Shown piece by piece: positions 34,844 to 45,028 of a stretch of DNA of 64,000 bases (within the stretch, counting starts at the first letter, position 1; the number at the start of each line of letters is the position of its first letter). A program made the position numbers and the translations under genes. Where the stretch lies: contig JAJXYN010000009.1 of NCBI GenBank assembly GCA_021780535.1, positions 150,538 through 214,537 of the forward strand. Direction: 5' to 3'. Below the pieces are notes generated by a model, which was not told where the DNA came from, searched no databases, and saw nothing but the letters and a program-made list of their open reading frames with translations. This stretch comes from a bacterium. GTDB lineage: Bacteria > Patescibacteriota > Patescibacteriia > JAGPKW01.

Positions 34844-36070
34844 CTAATTTTTTACATGTACAGAAGATTGATATTGTTTACTGGTAATATTTCTTCTTTC
34901 TTCATTAATTGAGTTTTGCATTCCATCTCCAATCCCAATAAGCATTTTTTCTCCTGTTAGTTTTCCATTTATCTTTCTTTCCCATATTTTTTTTGGTTCA
35001 TTTCTATGCCACTCACGTCTTCTAAATTCTTCCAATATTCTTTTTCTTCTTTCTTCTTTTGTTTCTTTTGGCTTTTCTTTATCATCTTTTCCAACACTTA
35101 CTCTTTTACCATCTATCTTTGGTTGAATAGTAGTTTTGTGTGTTGGTTTATCTTTTTTTGCTATTACTGAATTTCTTTTTTTTCTCAATCTTTTAATTTT
35201 TGCCTTTGGAGTAATATTTGTTACTTCAGTTTCTAATTTGGCAATAACGACTTCCTCTGTTACTGGGATAGCTACTGGCTCTATCTGAATAATAGGGGCT
35301 TCTGTTACAACAGCGGGGGATGATGTTACTTGTTCTACTTTTTCTACTATTTGAATATTATTATCAATATCTGTTTTTGGCAAAACTAATTCAGTAGATA
35401 TTTCAGTTTTTGACTTTTCCTTATCATCTGCTTTTTCAACTTCTACCTTTGTTGTTTTTTTCTTTGACTTCACTTCTTTTATTTCTGATTTTTTTTGAGT
35501 ATCATCATATCCTGCAAGTTCAATATTAGTGGCTATACAATCACCATTTATATTTAAAACATCATGAGCAGAAAATGGGAAATTACTTCTTTCAAGACCT
35601 AAAACTGGGGGCATTATTTTCAGAAGATCAGTTATAGCCATTTTCACCTTACTATCTTTAAGTAAATTTATAAGATACTTTACTATAAAAATATTAAAAA
35701 ATTCTCTCATACTTTCCATGCCACACATTGATACATCTATACAATCATTAGAATTTATTGATTTTAATTCAACGAATATTGATTCGATTGGTTTTCTATC
35801 TTTAAAATATTGATAAAACATTAAAGTACCATGTGTTTCATCAGACTTTTGGATAAAACCATATTGTTTAACCAATACATTCCGACAAAAAGTAGCAATA
35901 TCGTCACGTTGCTCTCTATTAATATCAAAGCACAATCTTTTATTCCAAAAAACCTTTAAAATCATTTCATCTGCACGTTGCTTTTTTACCACTTGAAAAG
36001 ATTTAAAAGAAACAATGAATAAAAGCAAAGAAGTTATAAAAATAACACCATATAGAATAGTATTGCTCAT
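34844..36070 (-). CDS. Hypothetical membrane-anchored protein
   Basis: GGAGG RBS; N-terminal TM; long low-complexity charged C-terminal half; terminator at ~34812-34835. Confidence 0.7.
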   Translation of the reverse strand: MSNTILYGVIFITSLLLFIVSFKSFQVVKKQRADEMILKVFWNKRLCFDINREQRDDIATFCRNVLVKQYGFIQKSDETHGTLMFYQYFKDRKPIESIFVELKSINSNDCIDVSMCGMESMREFFNIFIVKYLINLLKDSKVKMAITDLLKIMPPVLGLERSNFPFSAHDVLNINGDCIATNIELAGYDDTQKKSEIKEVKSKKKTTKVEVEKADDKEKSKTEISTELVLPKTDIDNNIQIVEKVEQVTSSPAVVTEAPIIQIEPVAIPVTEEVVIAKLETEVTNITPKAKIKRLRKKRNSVIAKKDKPTHKTTIQPKIDGKRVSVGKDDKEKPKETKEERRKRILEEFRRREWHRNEPKKIWERKINGKLTGEKMLIGIGDGMQNSINEERRNITSKQYQSSVHVKN

Positions 36071-36152
36071 TTTATTCCTCCATCAAGATTTGTTACTTAT
36101 TCTTTAACATTTTTTTACAAAAATAACAAGATTATAAGAGTTATTTTAAATT

Positions 36153-36185
36153 AAAAAATGAACGCATACCAAAAGGCATACGTTC
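36153..36185 (-). terminator. Intrinsic terminator of the putative ncRNA
   Basis: Reverse complement gaacgtatgcc-tttt-ggtatgcgttc-atttttt. Confidence 0.8.
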
Positions 36186-36470
36186 TGTAGTGGATTAATC
36201 CCCACCATGGATTTGCGATTTTTATGGTGTCGCCTCACCATTTTTAGAGTGCTAACAAAATTGTCTAACACTCAAACCTCCTCAGGAACCCTAAGGGGGT
36301 GCATTTAGCTGGGCTCTGCTTCCCTGCTTTGGTATATGGCTCTCCGTATTTAGAAAACACAATGTTTTCAAAGTTTACGGGGACAACTTTAATACCTTTA
36401 TTAACGCTCCCGGGTTTTGGAGCAACCAGGTGGAGAATTCCTGGGTTATCTCCCAATATTTTCATAAACT
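36153..36470 (-). ncRNA. Unidentified structured RNA (~315 nt)
   Basis: GC-rich against its surroundings, many hairpins, own promoter and terminator. Confidence 0.6.
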
Positions 36471-36476
36471 TTTGTT

Positions 36477-36505
36477 ATTATACCATATTTTAGTATTTGG
36501 GTCAA
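36477..36505 (-). promoter_or_regulatory. Strong sigma70 promoter
   Basis: TTGACC-N17-TATAAT with extended -10 TG. Confidence 0.75.
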
Positions 36506-36569
36506 AAAAGTTGTATAACTTAAAAAATGCTAACTTCCAATAAATTTTAATAAACAATCAATTAATGTT

Positions 36570-37271
36570 TTATTTTTTTATTAGCAATTGAAATATTTTG
36601 TCTTTTATTTTTATAAATTTATTATTATTTATATTATAAAAATTTGGGACAAAATTTCTTAAAATTCTTTTATATTTTTTTAAGCTACTTACTATTTTAT
36701 TTATATCTAATATATTTATTTTTTCTACTAATCTATTAAATATAAATATAGACCTTGCTACTGTTATAAAATCTAAAATGATTAAAAATAGAAAAAATAT
36801 GAAAAAATATTTATAATTTGTCGTTGATAAATATGAAGCAATTTTAGTGAATAATGGGTTTACTATAATTATTAATAAAAAAGATAAGAATCCCCAATAT
36901 ATTGAAAATTCTAAACAAATATGCCCTTGTATATTAAAATTTTTATCAGAATAATCCCATAATCTCATTTTAAATATTTTTTCTATTAATACACCTGTTA
37001 TTAATTCTATTATTGAAGATACTATTACTGACACTAGAAATACTAAGAAATAAAAAAGTATTCCATTTATATTTACTAGCTTATCTATAAATGAATTAAG
37101 TATAAGAATTATTGATAATGCTGAAAAACCATATATTGGACAATATGGCCCTTTCAAAAATCCTCTATTTATAATCTTTTTTGATGTTATTGAACAATAT
37201 GCAACCTCTATCATCCAACCAAGAAAAGAATAAATAAAAAATAAAATTAATATTTTAAGTAAATTATCCAT
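36570..37271 (-). CDS. Putative ABC transporter permease (CmpB/TMEM229-like, DUF1113)
   Basis: YSFLGW..E, NRGFLKGPYCPIYG, RLWDYS...NIQGHICL. Confidence 0.85.
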   Translation of the reverse strand: MDNLLKILILFFIYSFLGWMIEVAYCSITSKKIINRGFLKGPYCPIYGFSALSIILILNSFIDKLVNINGILFYFLVFLVSVIVSSIIELITGVLIEKIFKMRLWDYSDKNFNIQGHICLEFSIYWGFLSFLLIIIVNPLFTKIASYLSTTNYKYFFIFFLFLIILDFITVARSIFIFNRLVEKINILDINKIVSSLKKYKRILRNFVPNFYNINNNKFIKIKDKIFQLLIKK

Positions 37272-37367
37272 TTTTTGTATTATCCTAATATTATAACATA
37301 AATATTCAACTTGTTTTATAATTTATTATTTACTATATTATATTTGTTTTAAATTTTAAATTATAAA

Positions 37368-38033
37368 ATGTTTGATTTAGAAAATATAATATTAGTTGAT
37401 AAACCAAAAAATATTACATCTTTTCAAGTTATTAGAATAATGAGAAAAAAACTTGGAATAAAAAAAATTGGGCACGCTGGAACTCTTGACCCACTTGCTA
37501 CTGGTCTTATGATTCTTGGCATTGATAAAGGAACTAAGAAATTAGAACAATTTTTAAAATTAGATAAAACCTATGTGGCCTCTGTTTTGATTGGTAAAAA
37601 AACTTCTACTGGAGATTTATATCATAATACTGAAATTATAGAAGAAAAAAAATTGATAGAAAATGATATATTTTTTATTGAAAAAAATATAAATAATATT
37701 TTAAATAATTTGATTGGCAAGATTAATTTGAAAGTTCCAATATTTTCCGCTATTAAAATAAACGGCAAAAGACTTTATGACCATGCTTTTAAGGGTAATA
37801 AAATAGAAACGCCAACAAGAGAAATGAATATTTTCTATATAAAATTATTAGATCAATATTCTGAAAATAATAATTATATATTAAACTTAGAAATAAAAGT
37901 TTCTTCTGGTACATATATTAGATCTATTGCAGAAGAAATTGGGAACAGATTAAACCTTCCCGCTACTATTAAAGAATTGAGAAGGATTAGTATAGATGAA
38001 ATCAATGTTAATGATGCAATTAAGTTAATATAA
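37368..38033 (+). CDS. truB: tRNA pseudouridine(55) synthase
   Basis: DKP..TS, KIGHAGTLDPLATG, SAIKING, SSGTYIRS. Confidence 0.96.
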   Translation: MFDLENIILVDKPKNITSFQVIRIMRKKLGIKKIGHAGTLDPLATGLMILGIDKGTKKLEQFLKLDKTYVASVLIGKKTSTGDLYHNTEIIEEKKLIENDIFFIEKNINNILNNLIGKINLKVPIFSAIKINGKRLYDHAFKGNKIETPTREMNIFYIKLLDQYSENNNYILNLEIKVSSGTYIRSIAEEIGNRLNLPATIKELRRISIDEINVNDAIKLI

Positions 38034-39260
38034 TTTTAATTTTGAATTTTTTGTGTTGTATTTTATTTCTTCTATTATTTTCCAAGACTCTTTAATAAAA
38101 CTGTAATCAACAAATATTTTTTTATTTCCAATTAGAGAATCATATATTATTTTTTTATAATCATCTATTAAAACTTTTTCTTTTAATTTTTTATAATCAA
38201 AATTTTTAAATTCTTTTTTTTCTGAATTTATTTTTATATCATTATTTAAAATATCTAAAATAATTTTAGATTTATCCTTTAAATTTATAACAACTTCTGT
38301 AACTTTATCTGGCATGTTTTTAGCATACCTTAAATCAACTTCAACTCCATTAAAATTTTTATTTTTTATATTTAATATCATATCAAAACCTGTTTCTATA
38401 TCTTCTCCGTCATCCCCACATTCTTCTTTATAATCTTTATATTGTTTTAATATTATTTTTTTTATTTCTAAATTTTTTAAAACTAAATCTTTTTCTTTAT
38501 TAATATTTTTTTTGTTTATATCTAAAAATAATAAAGATATTAATTGTAAAATATGATTTTGGAAAAAATCTTTTATAGCACCTGTTCTGTTATAAAAATC
38601 ACAACGCCCCTCTACACTTACTTTTTCAAATATATTTATATTTATTTTTTCTATATTTTTATTATCAAAAATATTTTTTATATAATTTATTTTTCTGAAT
38701 TTTAAAATATTTATTAAAACTTCTTTTGCTAAATAATGATCAATTATATGAATTTGTTTTTCTTCAAAATATTTTTTTAAAAACATATCCAACTCTACAC
38801 TAGATTTTAAATCTTCACCAAATGGTTTTTCTATTAATACTTTTGATTTTTTATTTATTAATTTTTCTTTATGTATTGTTAAAACTGTTTTCTTAAAAGC
38901 GTTTGCTGGAAGTGATAAATAAAATAATCTTGAATTTAAATTAAATTTTTTTTCATTTAAAGTTATAACTGGACGTACATTGTTACAATCTTCGCAATCA
39001 AAATCTGCTTTTATATAAAATATATTTTTATAAAACTCTTTTATATTTTTTGAATTTTTATTTATTGATTCTAAAAATATTGGTTCAATTAATTTTATAT
39101 AATCTTCTATATTTATATTTTGTCTTCCTATGCAAAATATTTTTGAATTTTCTATTATTTTATTTTCAAACAAATAAAATAATGATGGCAAAATTTTTCT
39201 TTTTACTAAATCACCAGTTGAACCAAATATTATGATTGATTTATTTTTTATTATTTTCAT
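38025..39260 (-). CDS. zwf: Glucose-6-phosphate dehydrogenase (short, divergent)
   Basis: FGSTGDL, FYLSLP, IEKPFGEDL, IDHYLAKE, QNHILQ. Confidence 0.85.
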   Translation of the reverse strand: MKIIKNKSIIIFGSTGDLVKRKILPSLFYLFENKIIENSKIFCIGRQNINIEDYIKLIEPIFLESINKNSKNIKEFYKNIFYIKADFDCEDCNNVRPVITLNEKKFNLNSRLFYLSLPANAFKKTVLTIHKEKLINKKSKVLIEKPFGEDLKSSVELDMFLKKYFEEKQIHIIDHYLAKEVLINILKFRKINYIKNIFDNKNIEKININIFEKVSVEGRCDFYNRTGAIKDFFQNHILQLISLLFLDINKKNINKEKDLVLKNLEIKKIILKQYKDYKEECGDDGEDIETGFDMILNIKNKNFNGVEVDLRYAKNMPDKVTEVVINLKDKSKIILDILNNDIKINSEKKEFKNFDYKKLKEKVLIDDYKKIIYDSLIGNKKIFVDYSFIKESWKIIEEIKYNTKNSKLKLY

Positions 39261-39500
39261 TGTTTTATTTTTATATTCTGAATTTTTATTTATTATACTA
39301 CTATATGTCATAAACGATAATACGAAAAAATAAACAATTATATATAAAATAATTATTTAATATTTTATAATGAAATTATGCAAAATAATATATTTAATAT
39401 AAGCCATTTTTATTTGTTTGTATTTTTAGGCATAAACTATTGATTTTTTATATTTTTAGTATTATAATATCTACTATTAAATTTGAATAATTTAATACAA

Positions 39501-39576
39501 TCCGGGATAGCTCAGTTGGTAGAGCAGTTGACTGTTAATCAATTGGTCGTGGGTTCGAGTCCCGCTCCCGGAGCCA
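39501..39576 (+). tRNA. tRNA-Asn(GTT), island integration site
   Basis: Cloverleaf with anticodon loop ctGTTaa, TTCGAGT T-loop, CCA. Confidence 0.97.
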
Positions 39577-39613
39577 ACTAGTGCACCCTATGCGAGTGGG
39601 TTGATTTCTCGCT

Positions 39614-39778
39614 AAAAACTAAAAAAGTGATGATTTTGTATAATATCATCACTTTTTTGTTTATATGCGTATTTGCTTGTTTTTATTGGTACTAGACTCC
39701 GTTCTGTTGTTAGTAACTTATTTCTATTATTTTTTAATGTAAGCTATTATATATAAACCAATGCGACAAAGGTTTCTC
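39614..39778 (+). repeat. Left-end block A, copy 1 (contains a bidirectional terminator hairpin)
   Basis: Colinear, highly similar to 59875-60039. Confidence 0.9.
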
Positions 39779-39946
39779 TTGATAGATATACACAGTTATT
39801 TTTTTATTTTATATTAAACAATAACTTAAAAAATTAATTAAAAATTAGTAACTTTATTAATAAATTATTAATTATGAAAAAAGTTGAATGTATAGTAAAA
39901 TATACTTATTACATTGGAGTCTTGAGCAATAATACACTAAAGCTAT

Positions 39947-40813
39947 ATGGAAAAAGAAACAAAATTAGAAAAAATATTACCATTTAGATGGGCTGGCGGT
40001 AAATATTATGCTTTAAATAAGCTAAAACAATTCTGGGAAAATTTTGAACATGATGAATATCGTGAACCGTTTTTTGGTGGTGGTGCTGTATTTTGGGCAA
40101 AACCAAAAGTTAAATTTAATTGGATAAATGATATAGATAATGGTTTAATAGATACCTTGGAATTTATACAAGATGATGAAAAAAGAATTGAACTTATAAA
40201 ACTATTTGAAAATGAACAAGAAGCCACAAAAGAGAAATATTTAAAAATAAAAGCACTTAATCCAAAAACAAAACTGGAATCGGTTTATAAATATTATTAC
40301 TTAAATAGAACTTCTTTTAGTGGTAAAATGAAAAATCCTTCATGGGGTTATAGGCCGAAAAGAAGTTTGCCTCCTATTAGATGGAAAGAAAGAATAATAC
40401 CTTGTGGTGAAAAATTAAAAGATGTAAAAATAACAAATTTAGATTTTGAAAAAGTAATATTATCTAAGGCTATTGGTAAAAAGGTTCTTATGTTTTTAGA
40501 TCCGCCATATTATAATGCTAAACAAGAAAGCCATTATACATTTTCCTTTAAAAAAGAAGATCATGAAAGATTAGCATTGGCTTGCAAAAAAACAAAACAT
40601 AGTTTTTTCTTAACATACGATGATTGTGAAGAAATTAGGAAGTTGTATTCTTGGGCAAATATATTAAGTTTAGAATTTTATTATAGACTTGATAACTCTA
40701 AAGATAATAATAACAAAAGAAAAGTTGGTTCAGAAATTATTATTACAAATTATAAATTAGAAAATATAGATAAAGAAATTCTTAAACATGCAACAATTAA
40801 AATTGATAAATGA
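39947..40813 (+). CDS. Dam-family (D12) N6-adenine DNA methyltransferase 1
   Basis: PFRWAGGK, YREPFFGGGAV, INDID, FLDPPY. Confidence 0.92.
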   Translation: MEKETKLEKILPFRWAGGKYYALNKLKQFWENFEHDEYREPFFGGGAVFWAKPKVKFNWINDIDNGLIDTLEFIQDDEKRIELIKLFENEQEATKEKYLKIKALNPKTKLESVYKYYYLNRTSFSGKMKNPSWGYRPKRSLPPIRWKERIIPCGEKLKDVKITNLDFEKVILSKAIGKKVLMFLDPPYYNAKQESHYTFSFKKEDHERLALACKKTKHSFFLTYDDCEEIRKLYSWANILSLEFYYRLDNSKDNNNKRKVGSEIIITNYKLENIDKEILKHATIKIDK

Positions 40814-41678
40814 TATAGTAGATAAATCTTATGCAAGTATCCAAAAATTGGATATTTCTAAAATAAAAAAATGTAAGACAGATAAAACTCGTCCATTTTT
40901 AAGATATCCTGGAAGTAAATATAATGCTTCTAAATATATAATGCCATTTTGGGATAGTATAGAATTTAACGAATATCGTGAACCTTTTTTAGGAAGCGGG
41001 GCGATTTTTTTTAAAATGCCTAAAGTTGAATATTCTTGGTTAAATGATATAGATGATGATTTGATAAATTGTTTTTCTATAATTGCAAATGAAAAAACTA
41101 GACTAGATCTAATAAAAAAAATTGAAAATTTAAAACCATCAAAAGAGTTATTTGATGATATAAAAAATACAAAACCAATAAACTCTATTGATAAAGCTTA
41201 TAGATATTTTTTAATAAACAGAATGGCTTATGGTGGAATTATGAATAAGCCAAATTGGGGGTTTCATCCAACTAAAAGCGTACAACCTGACAAATGGGGA
41301 GATAGAATAATGCAGGCTGGAATAAAACTTGAAGATAATGTAAAAATAACTAAAAAATCATATTTAGATGTGATAAATGCTGAATCAAATAATAAAGTTT
41401 GGCTATTTGTAGATCCACCATATTTTAAAGCTGATCAAAAAAGAGCTTATGCTCATTCTTTTAATTATAAAGACCACATAGAGCTACTAAATTCACTAAA
41501 AAAGACAAAACATTATTTTTGTTTGACTTATGATAATTGTGAAGAAATAAAAGAGCTTTATTCTTGGGCAAATATTTATGAAATAGAATGGATGTATCAT
41601 ACAGCTAATTCAAAAGTTGCTTCTAGAAAAATGGGTAAAGAATTAATTATATCTAATTATAAAATTCATCAGGTATAA
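40788..41678 (+). CDS. Dam-family N6-adenine DNA methyltransferase 2
   Basis: PFLRYPGSK, YREPFLGSGA, FVDPPY; paralogous to the upstream MTase. Confidence 0.92.
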   Translation: MQQLKLINDIVDKSYASIQKLDISKIKKCKTDKTRPFLRYPGSKYNASKYIMPFWDSIEFNEYREPFLGSGAIFFKMPKVEYSWLNDIDDDLINCFSIIANEKTRLDLIKKIENLKPSKELFDDIKNTKPINSIDKAYRYFLINRMAYGGIMNKPNWGFHPTKSVQPDKWGDRIMQAGIKLEDNVKITKKSYLDVINAESNNKVWLFVDPPYFKADQKRAYAHSFNYKDHIELLNSLKKTKHYFCLTYDNCEEIKELYSWANIYEIEWMYHTANSKVASRKMGKELIISNYKIHQV

Positions 41679-42903
41679 AATCTAACTTGTATGGGCCAGC
41701 CTCTCTAAACACAGAGTCTTCTGCAATAATATTAAATCCATTAGATTTCCCATAAGAGTCTATATCTGGAATAAACTCTATTTCTTTTTTATTATTTAAA
41801 TTTAATTTTAATTTTATATTTGGGTATAAAACATCTGAATACTCTTTTTTATTCCAATCTAATTCTTTAAAAAAATCACCTTTATTTATTTTATAATGCA
41901 TTGGTAAATCTTTTACTGGTAATAGTATAAAATGCAATTTATTGTCTAGTATAACTCTAGGTAATTGATGATTTGATATTATTACAGAAACATAATCAAG
42001 TTCATTTCTTTTGTAACCACGATTAGGAAATCTTCCATGTGTACCCATTATCTCAACACCAATTTTATTATTATCAATATCACACATATTTTTTGATGTG
42101 CCTTTTGTTTGTATTTTTATTTTATAACCATTTTTATTTTCTATTGCTACATCATATTTTGGATAAGGCCCCTCTGGTTGTATTACTTTTAAATCCTGTT
42201 TTCTCAAATATTCTTCAAACCAAAATTCTTTTAGATTTCCTTTTAAACCCATTACAGCTGCTCTAAAATATTCTGGTTTACACAACATTTCTATTATTTC
42301 ATAATCCTCCAAATATGTTTCTTTGCTTAAAAATGGCAACAAGCTATTTTTTGGAGCTATTCTATCATCTATTATTTTACCATCTATACTGTCTAGTCCT
42401 ATGACTCCCCAATTATTCAACCTCTTATTTTCCCATTCTATTTTAGCCGGATCCGCAAGATATCCATCCCACGAATTATGTTTTGGTATTTCATTATGAG
42501 GTATTATAAAAATTCCAGATTCTGGATGTTGCAAAACCAAAAAATCAAATGTTTTTTCAGATGAGTTATATAGGTTGTGTGGACGCTTTTCTAATCCATG
42601 AGTCTTATGCAAGGCTACTCCTACAAATTTATCTTTAGTTGTTGAGTTTTTAACAGGAGTTTTTAGTTGTAATTTTAAATTATTTACATATACATCTACA
42701 TCACTATCTCCCTCACCATCTTGTATGTTAATGTTATTAATATTTTTTCTTAATATTTTTTTAAAATATTCTTCAAAAGCTATGCCCTTTATTGGCCTTA
42801 GTATGTTTGCATCTTTTTGAACTATATTATCTATCATACTCCAATCTATATCATTAAGCTCTATTATTTTTTCAAATCTTAATTTTAGTTCTTCAGTTAT
42901 CAT
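41653..42903 (-). CDS. Probable restriction endonuclease with two PD-(D/E)XK-like repeats
   Basis: KGIAFEE...SDVD...LQLKT and KGNLKE...KYDV...IQTKG; convergent with the MTase pair. Confidence 0.7.
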   Translation of the reverse strand: MITEELKLRFEKIIELNDIDWSMIDNIVQKDANILRPIKGIAFEEYFKKILRKNINNINIQDGEGDSDVDVYVNNLKLQLKTPVKNSTTKDKFVGVALHKTHGLEKRPHNLYNSSEKTFDFLVLQHPESGIFIIPHNEIPKHNSWDGYLADPAKIEWENKRLNNWGVIGLDSIDGKIIDDRIAPKNSLLPFLSKETYLEDYEIIEMLCKPEYFRAAVMGLKGNLKEFWFEEYLRKQDLKVIQPEGPYPKYDVAIENKNGYKIKIQTKGTSKNMCDIDNNKIGVEIMGTHGRFPNRGYKRNELDYVSVIISNHQLPRVILDNKLHFILLPVKDLPMHYKINKGDFFKELDWNKKEYSDVLYPNIKLKLNLNNKKEIEFIPDIDSYGKSNGFNIIAEDSVFREAGPYKLDFIPDEFYN

Positions 42904-42980
42904 AATTAGTTAAAATTATAAATTATTCTATATTTATAATATTTATGTTAGCATAAAGATAATAATATACAATAAAAATT

Positions 42981-43613
42981 ATGAAAAATGGAACAATAAT
43001 GATAGGTGGATCAGACTCTAACGATAATTTTAGAAAAGTATTTGATTTAAAAATCACAAATGGTTTTCCTATAATATCAACTACTGATAAAGATTTATCA
43101 ATAGAATGTAATAATAAAATAATAAATCATACCAATATAAATCACATATCTATCCCGGCAGATTTAAATATTCATCTTACTGGAAAACAAAATGAACATT
43201 ATTTTTTTATCGAAAGAATTACAAATAACGGATTATTAAATAGTGATTCATATAATATTTTTAGTTTATTTAGTATGCCAATAGAAAATTATGATTTTCC
43301 AGTTGGGACATGGAATCAGGCTGAAATATTTGGAATTAAAAAAGACGGCCTATTTAATAATAAAACCGGTATGTTTGTTGAGTTTTTTGTTTTTAAAAAT
43401 AGTTTTGATTTAAATACCTTGAATGCTTTATATCCATTTAAAGATAGCTCCATGAGAGAGCCTTATATTCTTGGGCCATATAATTTTAGTGAAATTATAA
43501 GAAAGGATAGAAAAAATATAAAACCAGATTTTAAATTTGTAACAAGAGTTGGTTTTTACGAAAACACAGACAATGAATCAAAAATTATAATTCCTTTTGA
43601 TATAAGAGGTTAA
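42981..43613 (+). CDS. Hypothetical cargo protein
   Basis: 210-aa ORF, convergent overlap with the recombinase stop. Confidence 0.65.
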   Translation: MKNGTIMIGGSDSNDNFRKVFDLKITNGFPIISTTDKDLSIECNNKIINHTNINHISIPADLNIHLTGKQNEHYFFIERITNNGLLNSDSYNIFSLFSMPIENYDFPVGTWNQAEIFGIKKDGLFNNKTGMFVEFFVFKNSFDLNTLNALYPFKDSSMREPYILGPYNFSEIIRKDRKNIKPDFKFVTRVGFYENTDNESKIIIPFDIRG

Positions 43614-44902
43614 ACTTCAATAATAATTTCCTTATTTTTTATTACAAATTTACTCTTAATGCATTCAGTCAATTGTTTCTTCTGTTCTAAGTTTCCATCT
43701 CTTAGAATAAACTTAGCATAAGTTCTCATATCAATAATATCATTATGACTATCTTCTTTAGATATCCCGAGCACGTTTCTTCTAAAGCTATTATATCTCT
43801 GTATTTCTTCTTCAATAGTTTTATTAATACCTAACTCATCAACTTTCAATTTATCTATTATCTCTATAAGTTGTTTAGTTACTTCTTCTTCTCTAATATA
43901 AGTATTCTTACAATCTCTATCTCTACCGTGGGAACATCCATAATATATGTAATGCAATATTTTTCCATTTTTAAGTTTCTTTCTTTTATGTTCTCCAACC
44001 ATACCTGAGCCACATAATCCACATTTAAATAATCCTGAAAAAGTAAATTCATAAGAATTTCCATTTGAGAAACATGTATCTTTTCCAATCTTTTCTTGTA
44101 CTAAGTCATATATTTCTTTTGTAGTTAAAGTTTCGTGTTTTCCTTGATACCAATTGCCACTATCTTTAGGATATTCAAACATTCCATAATAGAATGTATT
44201 TTTTATTATTCTAAAGATATTTCCTAAACTCATCATTTTTCCATTTACTGATTTGTAGTTAATACTTTTTAACCAATCTAATATCTTTCTACCAGAACAA
44301 TTATCATAAGCTATTTTTCTAAACATTTCTGTTATTATCGGTCCTCTATATGGGTCTACATTTACATATCCTTTTTTATCTACATTCTTTTCATTTAGAT
44401 ATCCAACCGGTGCTTGTCCTATCCATAGACCCATACCAACTTTTGCTTTTAAACCTCTTTTTACATTTATACTTTTATTATCATTTTCTAGTTTAGCTTG
44501 ACCACCAAGTATCATTAACATAAATTTATCATTTGGAGTATTTTTAAATACTTGATTATATGTTCTTATTTCTTTAAGTCTATGGTTATCTATTAAGTCT
44601 ACAATCATTCCTAAGTCTCCAGCATTTCTTGAAATTCTATCAGAATTCCATGTAAGTAGAGCATCAAACATTCCATTATTTATATCTCTTATTAGAGAAT
44701 TAAAAACCTCTCTTTTTCCTGATTCTTTTGCTGAATGACTTTCTCTTCTAACCTCTACTATATTAAGTCCTTCTTTTTCTGCTATCTGTGTCATTTCTTT
44801 AATCTGAGAGTCTATTGAAAGAGCTTGTCTTTCATCTTCTTCTGTTGATTTTCTTGCATAAAGACAGTATTTTAATGGTTTTTGTTCTAATATTTGTTCC
44901 AT
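43610..44902 (-). CDS. Large serine recombinase
   Basis: YARKS (catalytic Ser), DRISRN, APVGY, recombinase domain, zinc ribbon CGLCG...YYGC. Confidence 0.93.
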   Translation of the reverse strand: MEQILEQKPLKYCLYARKSTEEDERQALSIDSQIKEMTQIAEKEGLNIVEVRRESHSAKESGKREVFNSLIRDINNGMFDALLTWNSDRISRNAGDLGMIVDLIDNHRLKEIRTYNQVFKNTPNDKFMLMILGGQAKLENDNKSINVKRGLKAKVGMGLWIGQAPVGYLNEKNVDKKGYVNVDPYRGPIITEMFRKIAYDNCSGRKILDWLKSINYKSVNGKMMSLGNIFRIIKNTFYYGMFEYPKDSGNWYQGKHETLTTKEIYDLVQEKIGKDTCFSNGNSYEFTFSGLFKCGLCGSGMVGEHKRKKLKNGKILHYIYYGCSHGRDRDCKNTYIREEEVTKQLIEIIDKLKVDELGINKTIEEEIQRYNSFRRNVLGISKEDSHNDIIDMRTYAKFILRDGNLEQKKQLTECIKSKFVIKNKEIIIEV

Positions 44903-45028
44903 ATATTAATGTGTTATTTATTATCTAACACATTAATGACGCAACCCATCTAGTGCGTCTAGAGTGCATAGTTGATAAGTAATAAGCAAAGATATATTAT
45001 TTAAATATAAACTATGAATTAAATAATT

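Noticed and set aside
36265-36493. Overlapping 66-aa and 64-aa ORFs; also tmRNA, RNase P or SRP identity for this region
   Set aside because: The ORFs are explained by local GC richness. There are no tRNA-like ends or tag peptide, no GAGGAAAGUC/P4 pairing, and no SRP tetraloop helix
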